From positions 257,052,001-257,116,000 of the forward strand of contig OZ024741.1 in assembly GCA_964016885.1 (NCBI GenBank): DNA of 64,000 bases. The letters are read 5' to 3'. The translations under genes and the position numbers were made by a program. Shown piece by piece: positions 1 through 13,801 of the stretch. The notes under the pieces were generated by a model, which worked only from the letters and a program-made list of their open reading frames with translations, searched no databases and had not been told where the DNA came from. This stretch comes from Eledone cirrhosa. Its lineage: Eukaryota. Position 1 is the stretch's first letter, and every line of letters starts with the position of its first letter.

Positions 1-99
1 TTCGACTTACTAATGTTTTTACTTACGAGTGTTTCGGCGTACGAGTGTTTCGACTTACGAGTGTTTCGACTTACGGGTGTTTTGACTTACGGGTGTTTC

Positions 100-3000
100 G
101 GCTTACGAGTGTTTCGACTTATGGGTGTTTCGACTTACGAGTGTTTTTACTTACGGTGTTTCGGCTTACGAGTGTTTCGACATACGAGTGTTTTGACTTA
201 CGGGTGTTTCGACTTACGAGTGTTTCGACTTACGAATGTTATGACTTACGGGTGTTTCGGCTTACGAGTGTTTCGATTTATGAGTGTTTCGGCTTACGAG
301 TGTTTCGACTTACTAATGTTTTTACTTACGAGTGTTTCGGCGTACGAGAGTTTTGACTTACGAGTGTTTCTACTTACGAGTGTTTCGACTTACGAGTGTT
401 TTGACTTACGAATGTTTTGACTTACGGGTGTTTCGGCTTACGAGTGTTTCGACTTACGAGTCTTTCGGCTTACGAGTGTTTCTACTTACTAATGTTTTTA
501 CTTACGAGTGTTTCGGCGTACGAGTGTTTCGACTTACGAGTGTTTCGACTTACGGGTGTTTTGACTTACGGGTGTTTCGGCTTACGAGTGTTTCGACTTA
601 CGAGTGTTTTGACTTAAGGGTGTTTCGACTTACGAGTATTTTTGGCTTACGAGTGTTTCGACTTACGAGTGTTTTGACTTACGAGTGTTCTAATTTACGG
701 ATGTTTCGACATACGAGTGTTTTGACTTACGAGTGTTTCGACTTATGAGTGTTTCGACTTACGAGTGTTTCGGCTTACGAGTGGTTTGACTTACGAGTGT
801 TCTGACTACGAGTGTTTTGACTTACGAGTTTTTCGGCTTATGAGTGTTTCGACTTACGAGTGTTTCGGCTTATGAGTGTTTCGACTTACGTGTGTTTCGG
901 TTTACGAGTGTTTCGACTTACGAGTGTTTCGACTTACGGGTGTTTCGACTTACGAGTGTTTCGACTACGAGTGTTTCGACTTACGAGTGTTTCGGCTTAT
1001 GAGTGTTTCGACATACGGGTGTTTCGACTTACGATGTTTCGGCTTACGAGTGTTTCGACTTACGAGTATTCTGACTTACGGGTGTTTCGACTTACGGGTG
1101 TTTCGACTTAAGAGTGTTTCGACTTACGAGCGCTTCGACTTACGAGTGTTCTGACTTACGAGTGTTCCGACTTACGAGTGTTTCGGCTTACGAGTGTTTC
1201 GACTTACGAGTGTTCCGGCTTACGCGTGTTTCGACTTACGAGTGTTTCGGCTTATGAGTGTTTCGACTTACGAGTGCTTCGGCTTACGAGTGTTTCGACT
1301 TACGAGTGTTTCGGCTTACGAGAGTTTCGACTTACGAATGTTTTGGCTTACGAGTGTTTCGGCTTACGAGTGTTTCGACTTACGGGTGTTTCGACTTACG
1401 GGTGTTCCGACTTAAGAGTGATTCGACTTACGAGCGCTTCGACTTACGAGTGTTCCGACTTACGAGTGTTTCTGCTTACGAGTGTTTCGACTTACGAGTG
1501 TTTCGGCTTACAAGTGTTTCGGCTTACGAGTGGTTTGACTTACGAGTGTTCTGACTACGAGTGTTCTGTCTTACGAGTGTTTCGACTTACGAGTGTTTCG
1601 GCTTATGAGTGTTTCGACTCACGAGTGTTTCGGCTTAAGAGTGTTTCGACTTACGAGTGTTTCGACTTACGGGTGTTTCGACTTACGAGTGTTTCGACTA
1701 CGAATGTTTCGACTTACGAGTGTTTCGGCTTACGAGTGTTTCGACTTATGGGTGTTTCGACTTACGAGTGTTTTTACTTACGGTGTTTCGGCTTACGAGT
1801 GTTTCGACATACGAGTGTTTTGACTTACGGGTGTTTCGACTTACGAGTGTTTCGACTTACGAATGTTTTGACTTACGGGTGTTTCGGCTTACGATTGTTT
1901 CGATTTATGAGTGTTTCGGCTTACGAGTGTTTCCACTTACTAATGTTTTTACTTACGAGTGTTTCGGCGTACGAGAGTTTTGACTTACGAGTGTTTCTAC
2001 TTACGAGTGTTTCGACTTACGAGTGTTTTGACTTACGAATGTTTTGACTTACGGGTGTTTCGGCTTACGAGTGTTTCGACTTACGAGTCTTTCGGCTTAC
2101 GAGTGTTTCGACTTACTAATGTTTTTACTTACGAGTGTTTCGGCGTACGAGTGTTTCGACTTACGAGTGTTTCGACTTACGGGTGTTTTGACTTACGGGT
2201 GTTTCGGCTTACGAGTGTTTCGACTTACGAGTGTTTTGACTTAAGGGTGTTTCGACTTACGAGTATTTCTGGCTTACGAGTGTTTCGACTTACGAGTGTT
2301 TTGAATTACGAGTGTTCTAATTTATGGATGTTTCGACATACGAGTGTTTTGACTTACGAGTGTTTCGACTTATGAGTGTTTCGACTTACGAGTGTTTCGG
2401 CTTACGAGTGGTTTGACTTACGAGTGTTCTGACTACGAGTGTTTTGACTTACGAGTGTTTCGGCTTATGAGTGTTTCGACTTACGAGTGTTTCGGCTTAT
2501 GAGTGTTTCGACTTACGTGTGTTTCGGTTTACGAGTGTTTCGACTTACGAGTGTTTCGACTTACGGGTGTTTCGACTTACGAGTGTTTCGACTACGAGTG
2601 TTTCGACTTACGAGTGTTTCGGCTTACGAGTGTTTCGACATACGGGTGTTTCGACTTACGATGTTTCGGCTTACGAGTGTTTCGACTTACGAGTATTCTG
2701 ACTTACGGGTGTTTCGACTTATGGGTGTTTCGACTTAAGAGTGTTTCGACTTACGAGCGCTTCGACTTACGAGTGTTTCGACTTACGAGTGTTCCGGCTT
2801 ACGAGTGTTTCGGCTTACGAGTGTTTCGACTTACGAGTGTTCCGGCTTACGCGTGTTTCGACTTACGAGTGTTTCGGCTTATGAGTGTTTCGACTTACGA
2901 GTGCTTCGGCTTACGAGTGTTTCGACTTACGAGTGTTTCGGCTTACGAGAGTTTCGACTTACGAATGTTTTGGCTTACGAGTGTTTCGGCTTCCGAGTGT

Positions 3001-5700
3001 TTCGACTTACGGGTGTTTCGACTTACGGGTGTTCCGACTTAAGAGTGATTCGACTTACGGGCGCTTCGACTTACGAGTGTTCCGACTTACGAGTGTTTCT
3101 GCTTACGAGTGTTTCGACTTACGAATGTTTCGACTTACGAGTGTTTCGGCTTACGAGTGTTTCGACTTACTAATGTTTTTACTTACGAGTGTTTCGGCGT
3201 ACGAGTGTTTCGACTTACGAGTGTTTCGGCTTACTAGTGTTTCGACTTACGAGTGTTTTTACTTAAGGGTGTTTCGACTTACGAGTATTTTTGGCTTACG
3301 AGTGTTTCGACTTACGAGTGTTTTGACTTACGAGTGTTCTGATTTACGAATGTTTCGACATACGAGTGTTTTGACTTACGATGTTTCGACTTACGAGTGT
3401 TTCGACCTACGAGTGTTTCGACTTACGAATGTTTCGACTTACGGGTGTTCCGGCTTACGAGTGTTTCGACTTACGAGTGTTCTGACTTACGAGTGTTCTG
3501 ACTTACGAGTGTTCCGGCTTACGAGTTTTTCGACTTACGAGTGTTTCGACTTACGAGTGTTCCGACTTACGAGTGTTTCGGCTTACGAGTGTTTCGACTT
3601 ACGAGTGTTCCGGCTTACGCGTGTTTCGACTTACGAGTGTTTCGGCTTATGAGTGTTTCGACTTACGAGTGCTTCGGCTTACGAGTGTTTCGACTTACGA
3701 GTGTTTCGGCTTACGAGAGTTTCGACTTACGAATGTTTTGGCTTACGAGTGTTTCGGCTTACGAGTGTTTCGACTTACGGGTGTTTCGACTTACGGGTGT
3801 TCCGACTTAAGAGTGATTCGACTTACGAGCGCTTCGACTTACGAGTGTTCCGACTTACGAGTGTTTCTGCTTACGAGTGTTTCGACTTACGAGTGTTTCG
3901 GCTTACAAGTGTTTCGGCTTACGAGTGGTTTGACTTACGAGTGTTCTGACTACGAGTGTTTCGACTTACGAGTGTTCCGGCTTACGCGTGTTTCGACTTA
4001 CGAGTGTTTCGGCTTATGAGTGTTTCGACTCACGAGTGTTTCGGCTTACGAGTGTTTCGACTTACGAGTGTTTCGACTTACGGGTGTTTCGACTTACGAG
4101 TGTTTCGACTACGAATGTTTCGACTTACGAGTGTTTCGGCTTACGAGTGTTTCGACTTATGGGTGTTTCGACTTACGAGTGTTTTTACTTACGGTGTTTC
4201 GGCTTCCGAGTGTTTCGACATACGAGTGTTTTGACTTACGGGTGTTTCGACTTACGAATGTTTTGACTTACGGGTGTTTCGGCTTACGATTGTTTCGATT
4301 TATGAGTGTTTCGGCTTACGAGTGTTTCGACTTACTGTTTTTACTTACGAGTGTTTCGGCGTACGAGAGTTTTGACTTACGAGTGTTTCTACTTACGAGT
4401 GTTTCGACTTACGAGTGTTTTGACTTACGAATGTTTTGACTTACGGGTGTTTCGGCTTACGAGTGTTTCGACTTTCGAGTCTTTCGGCTTACGAGTGTTT
4501 CGACTTACTAATGTTTTTACTTACGAGTGTTTCGGCGTACGAGTGTTTCGACTTACGAGTGTTTCGACTTACGGGTGTTTTGACTTACGGGTGTTTCGGC
4601 TTACGAGTGTTTCGACTTACGAGTGTTTTGACTTAAGGGTGTTTCGACTTACGAGTATTTTTGGCTTACGAGTGTTTCGACTTACGAGTGTTTTGACCTA
4701 CGAGTGTTCTAATTTACGGATGTTTCGACATACGAGTGTTTTGACTTACGAGTGTTTCGACTTATGAGTGTTTCGACTTACGAGTGTTTCGGCTTACGAG
4801 TGGTTTGACTTACGAGTGTTCTGACTACGAGTGTTTTGACTTACGAGTGTTTCGGCTTATGAGTGTTTCGACTTACGTGTGTTTCGGTTTACGAGTGTTT
4901 CGACTTACGAGTGTTTCGACTTACGGGTGTTTCGACTTACGAGTGTTTCGACTACGAGTGTTTCGACTTACGAGTGTTTCGGCTTACGAGTGTTTCGACA
5001 TACGGGTGTTTCGACTTACGATGTTTCGGCTTACGAGTGTTTCGACTTACGAGTATTCTGACTTACGGGTGTTTCGACTTATGGGTGTTTCGACTTAAGA
5101 GTGTTTCGACTTACGAGCGCTTCGACTTACGAGTGTTCTGACTTACGAGTGTTCCGACTTACGAGTGTTTCGGCTTACGAGTGTTTCGACTTACGAGTGT
5201 TCCGGCTTACGCGTGTTTCGACTTACGAGTGTTTCGGCTTATGAGTGTTTCGACTTACGAGTGCTTCGGCTTACGAGTGTTTCGACTTACGAGTGTTTCG
5301 GCTTACGAGAGTTTCGACTTACGAATGTTTTGGCTTACGAGTGTTTCGGCTTACGAGTGTTTCGACTTACGGGTGTTTCGACTTACGGGTGTTCCGACTT
5401 AAGAGTGATTCGACTTACGGGCGCTTCGACTTACGAGTGTTCCGACTTACGAGTGTTTCTGCTTACGAGTGTTTCGACTTACGAATGTTTCGACTTACGA
5501 GTGTTTCGGCTTACGAGTGTTTCGACTTACTAATGTTTTTACTTACGAGTGTTTCGGCGTACGAGTGTTTCGACTTACGAGTGTTTCGGCTTACGAGTGT
5601 TTCGACTTACGAGTGTTTTTACTTAAGGGTGTTTCGACTTACGAGTATTTTTGGCTTACGAGTGTTTCGACTTACGAGTGTTTTGACTTACGAGTGTTCT
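100..5700 (+). repeat. 1627-bp tandem higher-order repeat and related ~2.4-kb repeat
   Basis: Offset 1627 for 332/1959, 860/2487 and 1178/2805; offsets 2360-2395 for 2805/5165 and 1178/3573. Confidence 0.85.
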
Positions 5701-7740
5701 GATTTACGAATGTTTCGACATACGAGTGTTTTGACTTACGATGTTTCGACTTACGAGTGTTTCGACTTACGAGTGTTCTGACTTAGGAGTGTTCTGACTT
5801 ACGAGTGTTCCGGCTTACGAGTTTTTCGACTTACGAGTGTTTCGACTTACGAGTGTTTCGACTTACGAGTGTTTCGGCTTACGAGTGGTTTGACTTACGA
5901 GTGTTCTGACTACGAGTGTTCTGACTTACGAGTGTTTCGGCTTATGAGTGTTTCGACTTACGAGTGTTTCGGTTTATGAGTGTTTCGACTTACGAGTGTT
6001 TCGGCTTACGAGTGTTTCGACTTACGAATGTTTCGACTTACGGGTGTTTCGACTTACGAGTGTTTCGTCTACGAGTGTTTCGACTTACGAGTGTTTCGGC
6101 TTACGAGTGTTTCGACATACGGGTGTTTCGACTTACGGTGTTTCGGCTTACGAGTGTTTCGACTTACGAGTGTTTTGACTTACGAGTGTTCTGACTTACG
6201 AGTGTTCCGACTTACGAGTGTTCCGACTTACGAGTGTTTCGGCTTACGAGTGTTTCGGCTTACGAGTGTTTCGGCTTACGAGTGTTTTGACTTACGAGTG
6301 TTCTGACTACGAGTGTTCTGACTTACGGGTGTTCTGACTTACGGTGTTCCGACTTACGAGTGTTTCGGCTAATGAGTGTTTCGACTTACGGGCGTTTCGA
6401 CTTACGGGTGTTTCGAATTACGAGTGTTTTGACTTACGAGTGTTCTGACTTACGAGTGTTTTGACTTACGAGTGTTCCGACTTACGAGTGTTTCGGCTTA
6501 CGGGTGTTTCGACGTACGAGTATTTTTGGCTTACGAGTGTTTCGAGTTACGAGTGTTTTGAATTACGATTGTTTCGGCTTACGAGTGTTTCGACTTACGA
6601 GTATTTCGACTTACGAGTTTTTTTACTTACGGTGTTTCGGCTTACGAGTGTTTCGACTTACGAGTGTTTCGACTTACGGGTGTTTTGACATACGAGTGTT
6701 TCGATATGAGTGCTCTGACTTACGAGTGTTCTGACTTATGAGTGTTCTGACTTACGAGTGTTCTGACTTACGGGTGTTCTGACTTACGTGTGTTCCGACT
6801 TACGAGTGTTTCAGCTATGGGTGTTTCGACTTACGAGTGTTTCGACTTACGAGTGTTTCGACTTACGGGTGTTTCGACTTACGAGTGTTTCAACTTACGA
6901 GTGTTTCGACTTACGAATGTTTCGACTTACGGGTGTTTCGGCTTACAGTGTTTCGACTTACGAGTGTTCTGACTTACGAGTGTTCTGACTTACGAGTGTT
7001 CCGGCTTACGAGTTTTTCGACTTACGAGTGTTTCGACTTACGAGTGTTTCGACTTACGAGTGTTTCGGCTTACGAGTGGTTTGACTTACGAGTGTTCTGA
7101 CTACGAGTGTTCTGACTTACGAATGTTTCGGCTTATGAGTGTTTCGACTTACGAGTGTTTCGGTTTATGAGTGTTTCGACTTACGAGTGTTTCGGCTTAC
7201 GAGTGTTTGGACTTACGAGTGTTTCGACTTACGGGTGTTTCGACTTACGAGTGTTTCGTCTACGAGTGTTTCGGCTTACGAGTGTTTCGACATACGGGTG
7301 ATTCGACTTACGGTGTTTCGGCTTACGAGTGTTTCGACTTACGAGTGTTCTGACTTACGAGTGTTCTGACTTATGAGTGTTCTGACTTACGAGTGTTCCG
7401 ACTTACGAGTGTTTCGGCTTACGAGTGTTTCGACTTACGAGTGTTTCGACTTACGAGTGTTTCGACTTATGAGTGTTTTGACTTACGGTGTTTCGGCTTA
7501 CGAGTGTTTCGACTTACGAGTGTTTTGACTTACTGGTGTTTTGACATACGAGTGTTTCGATACGAGTGTTTCGACTTACGAGTGTTCTGACTTACGAGTG
7601 TTCTGACTTACGAGTGTTCTGACTTACGAGTGTTCTAACTTAAGAGTGTTCTGACTTACGAGTGTTCTGACTTACGAGTGTTCCGACTTACGAGTGTTTC
7701 GGCTCACGAGTGTTTCGGCTTACGAGTGTTTCGACTTACG

Positions 7741-7810
7741 AAAATAACAAATAGACGCGGTTTCAAATCTCTATGCTTTTCAAATTCAGTACATTAATCT
7801 TTATTCATAC
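7741..7810 (+). repeat. 70-bp AT-rich spacer, copy 1 (type A, TTCATAC end)
   Basis: AAAATAACAAATAGACGCGGTTTCAAATCTCTATGCTTTTCAAATTCAGTACATTAATCTTTATTCATAC, lying between TTCGACTTACG and GTTTCGCTTTACGA. Confidence 0.97.
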
Positions 7811-10137
7811 GTTTCGCTTTACGAGTGTTTCGACTTACGAGTGTTTCGACTTACGAGTGTTTCGGCTTACGAGTGTTTTGACTTACGAGTGTTTTGACTT
7901 ACATGTGTTTCGACTTACGCGTGTTTCGACTTACGAGTGTTTCGACTTGCGAGTGTTTCGACTACGGGTGTTTCGACTTACGAATGTTTTGGCTTACGGA
8001 TGTTTTGACTTACGGGTGTTTCGGCTTACGAGTGTTTCGACTTACGAGTGTTCTGACTTACGAGTGTTCTGACTTACGAGTGTTCTGACTTACGAGTGTT
8101 CCGACTTACGAGTGTTTCGACTTAAGAGTGTTTCGGATTACGAGTGCTTCGACTTACGAGTGTTTCGGCTTACGAGTGTTTCGACTTACTAATGTTTTTA
8201 CTTACGAGTGTTTCGGCGTACGAGTGTTTCGACTTACGAGTGTTTCGACTTACGGGTGTTTTGACTTACGGGTGTTTCGGCTTACGAGTGTTTCGACTTA
8301 CGAGTGTTTTGACTTAAGGGTGTTTCGACTTACGAGTATTTTTGGCTTACGAGTGCTTCGACTTACGAGTGTTTTGACTTACGAGTGTTCTAATTTACGG
8401 ATGTTTCGACATACGAGTGTTTTGACTTACGAGTGTTTCGACTTATGAGTGTTTCGACTTACGAGTGTTTCGGCTTACGAGTGGTTTGACTTACGAGTGT
8501 TCTGACTGCGAGTGTTTTGACTTACGAGTGTTTCGGCTTATGAGTGTTTCGACTTACGAGTGTTTCGGTTTACGAGTGTTTCGACTTACGAGTGTTTCGA
8601 CTTACGAGTGTTTCGACTTACGAGTGATTCGACCACGAGTATTTCGACTTACGAGTGTTTCGGCTTACGAGTGTTTCGACATACGGGTGTTTCGACTTAC
8701 GATGTTTCGGCTTACGAGTGTTTCGACTTACGAGTGTTCTGACTTACGGGTGTTTCGACTTACTGGTGTTTCGACTTAAGAGTGTTTCGACTTACGAGCG
8801 CTTCGACTTACGAGTGTTCTGACTTACGAGTGTTCCGACTTACGAGTGTTTCGGCTTACGAGTGTTTCGGCTTACTAATGTTTTTACTTACGAGTGTTTC
8901 GGTGTACGAGTGTTTCGACTTAAGGATGTTTCGACTTACGAGTGTTTCGACTTACGAGTGTTTCGACTTACGAGTGTTTCGACTTACGAATTTTTTGGCT
9001 TACGAAGGTTTTGACTTACGGGTGTTTCGACTTACGGGTGTTTCGGCTTACGAGTGTTTCGACTTACGAGTGTTTTGACTTACGAGTGTTCTGACTTACG
9101 AGTGTTCCGACTTACGAGTGTTCCGACTTACGAGTGTTTCGGCTTAAGAGTGTTTCGGCTTACGAATGTTTCGGCTTACGAGTGTTTTGACTTACGAGTG
9201 TTCTGACTACGAGTGTTCTGACTTACGGGTGTTCTGACTTACGAGTGTTCCGACTTACGAGAGTTTCGGCTAATGAGTGTTTCGACTTACGGACGTTTCG
9301 ACTTACGGGTGTTTCGACTTACGAGTGTTTTGACTTACGAGTGTTCTGACTTACGAGTGTTCTGACTTACGAGTGTTCCGACTTACGACTGTTTCGACTT
9401 ACGAGTGTTTTGACTTACGAGTGTTCCGACTTACGATTGTTTCGGCTTACGGGTGTTTCGACGTACGAGTATTTTTGGCTTACGAGTGTTTCGACTTACG
9501 AGTGTTTTGAATTACGATTGTTTCGGCTTACGAGTGTTTCGACTTACGAGTATTTCGACTTACGAGTTTTTTTACTTACGGTGTTTCGGCTTACGAGTGT
9601 TTCGACTTATGAGTGTTTCGACTTACGAGTGTTCTGACTTACGAGTGTTCTGACTTGCGAGTGTTCCGACTTACGAGTGTTTCGGCTTACGAGTGTTTCG
9701 ACATACGAGTGTTTTGACTTACGGATGTTTCGACTTACGGGTGTTTCGACTTACGAGTGTTTCGACTTACGAGTGTTCTGACTGCGAGTGTTCTGACTTA
9801 CGGGTGTTTCGACTTACGTGTGTTTCGACTTACGAGTGTTCCGACCTACGAGGTTTTCAGCTTACGGGTGTTCCGGCTTATGAGTATTTTCGGCTTACGT
9901 GTGTTTCGACTTACGAGTGTTTTGACTTACGATTGTTTCGGCTTACGAGTGTTTCGACTTACGAGTGTTTCGACTTACGAGTGTTTTGACTTACGGGTGT
10001 ATTGACATACGAGTGTTTCGACACGAGTGTTCTGACTTAAGAGTGTTCTGACTTACGAGTGTTCTGACTTACGAGTGTTCTGACTTACGAGTGTTCTGAC
10101 TTACGAGTGTTCTGACTTACGAGTGTTTCGACTTACG

Positions 10138-10207
10138 AAAATAACAAATAGACGCGGTTTCAAATCTCTATGCTTTTCAAGTTCATTACATTAATCTTTA
10201 TTTATAC
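10138..10207 (+). repeat. 70-bp spacer, copy 2 (type B)
   Basis: Same sequence with CAAGTTCATTAC. Confidence 0.97.
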
Positions 10208-12099
10208 GTTTCGCTTTACGAATGTTTCGACTTACGAGTGTTTCGACTTACGAGTGTTTCCACTTACGAGTGTTCTGACTTACGAGTGTTCTGACTTACG
10301 AGTGTTCCGACTTACGAGTGTTTCGATTTACGAGTGTTTTGGCTTACGAGTGTTTTGACTTAAGGGTGTTTCGACTTACGAGTGTTTCGATACGAGTGTT
10401 TCGACTTACGAGTGTTTCGACTTACGAGTGTTTCGACTTACGAGTGTTCTGATTTACGGATGTTTCGACATACGAGTGTTTCGACTTACGATTGTTTCGA
10501 CTTACGAGTGTTTTGACATACGGGTGTTTTGACATACGAGTGTTTCGATACGAGTGTTTCGACTTACGAGTGTTCTGACTTACGAGTGTTCTGACTTACG
10601 AGTGTTCTGACTTACGAGTGTTCTGACTTACGAGTGTTCCGACTTACGAGTGTTCCGACTTACGAGTGTTCTGACTTACGAGTGTTCTGACTTACGAGTG
10701 TTCCGGCTTACGAGTTTTTCGACTTACGAGTGTTTCGACTTACGAGTGTTTCGGCTTACAAGTGTTTCGGCTTACGAGTGGTTTGACTTACGAGTGTTCT
10801 GACTACGAGTGTTCTGTCTTACGAGTGTTTCGACTTACGAGTGTTTCGGCTTATGAGTGTTTCGACTTACGAGTGTTTCGGCTTACGAGTGTTTCGACTT
10901 ACGAGTGTTTCGACTTACGGGTGTTTCGACTTACGAGTGTTTCGACTACGAATGTTTCGACTTACGAGTGTTTCGGCTTACGAGTGTTTCGACTTATGGG
11001 TGTTTCGACTTACGAGTGTTTTTACTTACGGTGTTTCGGCTTACGAGTGTTTCGACATACGAGTGTTTTGACTTACGGGTGTTTCGACTTACGAGTGTTT
11101 CGACTTACGAATGTTTTGACTTACGGGTGTTTCGGCTTACGAGTGTTTCGATTTATGAGTGTTTCGGCTTACGAGTGTTTCGACTTACTAATGTTTTTAC
11201 TTACGAGTGTTTCGGCGTACGAGAGTTTTGACTTACGAGTGTTTCTACTTACGAGTGTTTCGACTTACGAGTGTTTTGACTTACGAATGTTTTGACTTAC
11301 GGGTGTTTCGGCTTACGAGTGTTTCGACTTACGAGTCTTTCGGCTTACGAGTGTTTCTACTTACTAATGTTTTTACTTACGAGTGTTTCGGCGTACGAGT
11401 GTTTCGACTTACGAGTGTTTCGACTTACGGGTGTTTTGACTTACGGGTGTTTCGGCTTACGAGTGTTTCGACTTACGAGTGTTTTGACTTAAGGGTGTTT
11501 CGACTTACGAGTATTTTTGGCTTACGAGTGTTTCGACTTACGAGTGTTTTGACTTACGAGTGTTCTAATTTACGGATGTTTCGACATACGAGTGTTTTGA
11601 CTTACGAGTGTTTCGACTTATGAGTGTTTCGACTTACGAGTGTTTCGGCTTACGAGTGGTTTGACTTACGAGTGTTCTGACTACGAGTGTTTTGACTTAC
11701 GAGTTTTTCGGCTTATGAGTGTTTCGACTTACGAGTGTTTCGGCTTATGAGTGTTTCGACTTACGTGTGTTTCGGTTTACGAGTGTTTCGACTTACGAGT
11801 GTTTCGACTTACGGGTGTTTCGACTTACGAGTGTTTCGACTACGAGTGTTTCGACTTACGAGTGTTTCGGCTTATGAGTGTTTCGACATACGGGTGTTTC
11901 GACTTACGATGTTTCGGCTTACGAGTGTTTCGACTTACGAGTATTCTGACTTACGGGTGTTTCGACTTACGGGTGTTTCGACTTAAGAGTGTTTCGACTT
12001 ACGAGCGCTTCGACTTACGAGTGTTCTGACTTACGAGTGTTCCGACTTACGAGTGTTTCGGCTTACGAGTGTTTCGACTTACGAGTGTTCCGGCTTACG

Positions 12100-12790
12100 C
12101 GTGTTTCGACTTACGAGTGTTTCGGCTTATGAGTGTTTCGACTTACGAGTGCTTCGGCTTACGAGTGTTTCGACTTACGAGTGTTTCGGCTTACGAGAGT
12201 TTCGACTTACGAATGTTTTGGCTTACGAGTGTTTCGGCTTACGAGTGTTTCGACTTACGGGTGTTTCGACTTACGGGTGTTCCGACTTAAGAGTGATTCG
12301 ACTTACGAGCGCTTCGACTTACGAGTGTTCCGACTTACGCGTGTTTCGACTTACGAGTGTTTCGGCTTATGAGTGTTTCGACTTACGAGTGCTTCGGCTT
12401 ACGAGTGTTTCGACTTACGAGTGTTTCGGCTTACGAGAGTTTCGACTTACGAATGTTTTGGCTTACGAGTGTTTCGGCTTACGAGTGTTTCGACTTACGG
12501 GTGTTTCGACTTACGGGTGTTCCGACTTAAGAGTGATTGGACTTACGGGCGCTTCGACTTACGAGTGTTCCGACTTACGAGTGTTCCGGCTTACGAGTGT
12601 TTCGGCTTACGAGTATTTCGACTTACGAGTGTTCCGGCTTACGCGTGTTTCGACTTACGAGTGTTTCGGCTTATGAGTGTTTCGACTTACGAGTGCTTCG
12701 GCTTACGAGTGTTTCGACTTACGAGTGTTTCGGCTTACGAGAGTTTCGACTTACGAATGTTTTGGCTTACGAGTGTTTCGGCTTACGAGT
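12100..12790 (+). repeat. 240-bp (15-monomer) tandem duplication with a third partial copy 304 bp further on
   Basis: ORF starts 12133, 12373 and 12677 give the same peptide start; the TAAGAGTGATT marker is repeated at 240-bp spacing. Confidence 0.85.
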
Positions 12791-13731
12791 GTTTCGGCTT
12801 ACGAGTGTTTCGGCTTACGAGTGTTTCGGCTTACGAGTGTTTTGACTTACGAGTGTTCTGACTACGAGTGTTCTGACTTACGGGTGTTCTGACTTACGAG
12901 TGTTCCGACTTACGAGTGTTTCGGCTAATGAGTGTTTCGACTTACGGGCGTTTCGACTTACGGGTGTTTCGACTTACGAGTGTTTTGACTTATGAGTGTT
13001 CAGACTTACGAGTGTTCTGACTTACGAGTGTTCCGACTTACGACTGTTTCGACTTACGAGTGTTTTGACTTACGAGTGTTCCGACTTACGATTGTTTCGG
13101 CTTACGGGTGTTTCGACGTACGAGTATTTTTGGCTTACGAGTGTTTCGACTTACGAGTGTTTTGAATTACGATTGTTTCGGCTTACGAGTGTTTCGACTT
13201 ACGAGTATTTCGACGTACGAGTTTTTTTTCCTTACGGTGTTTCGGCTTACGAGTGTTTCGACTTATGAGTGTTTCGACTTACGAGTGTTCTGACTTACGA
13301 GTGTTCTGACTTGCGAGTGTTCCGACTTACGAGTGTTTCGGCTTACGAGTGTTTCGACATACGAGTGTTTTGACTTACGGATGTTTCGACTTACGGGTGT
13401 TTCGACTTACGAGTGTTTCGACTTACGAGTGTTCTGACTACGAGTGTTCTGACTTACGGGTGTTTCGACTTACGAGTGTTCCGACCTACGAGGGTTTCAG
13501 CTTACGGGTGTTCCGGCTTATGAGTATTTTCGGCTTACGTGTGTTTCGACTTACGAGTGTTTTGACTTACGATTGTTTCGGCTTACGAGTGTTTCGACTT
13601 ACGAGTGTTTCGACTTACGAGTGTTTTGACTTACGATTGTTTCGGCTTACGAGTGTTTCGACTTACGAGTGTTCTGACTTACGAGTGTTCTGACTTACGA
13701 GTGTTCTGACTTACGAGTGTTTCGACTTACG

Positions 13732-13801
13732 AAAATAACAAATAGACGCGGTTTCAAATCTGTATGCTTTTCAAGTTCATTACATTAATCTTTATTTATA
13801 C
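13732..13801 (+). repeat. 70-bp spacer, copy 3 (type B')
   Basis: CAAGTTCATTAC plus CTGTATG. Confidence 0.97.

Noticed and set aside
6944-6951. TACAGTG as a pogo/Tigger TA+CAGT terminus
   Set aside because: It is a single-base deletion in TACGAGTG; the paralogous position near 14930 has the intact monomer.
7773-8072. MLFKFSTLIFIHTFRF ORF starting in the 70-bp spacer, which looks like a signal peptide
   Set aside because: The hydrophobic start reflects T-rich DNA. The ORF runs into satellite and ends at variable positions in different copies.
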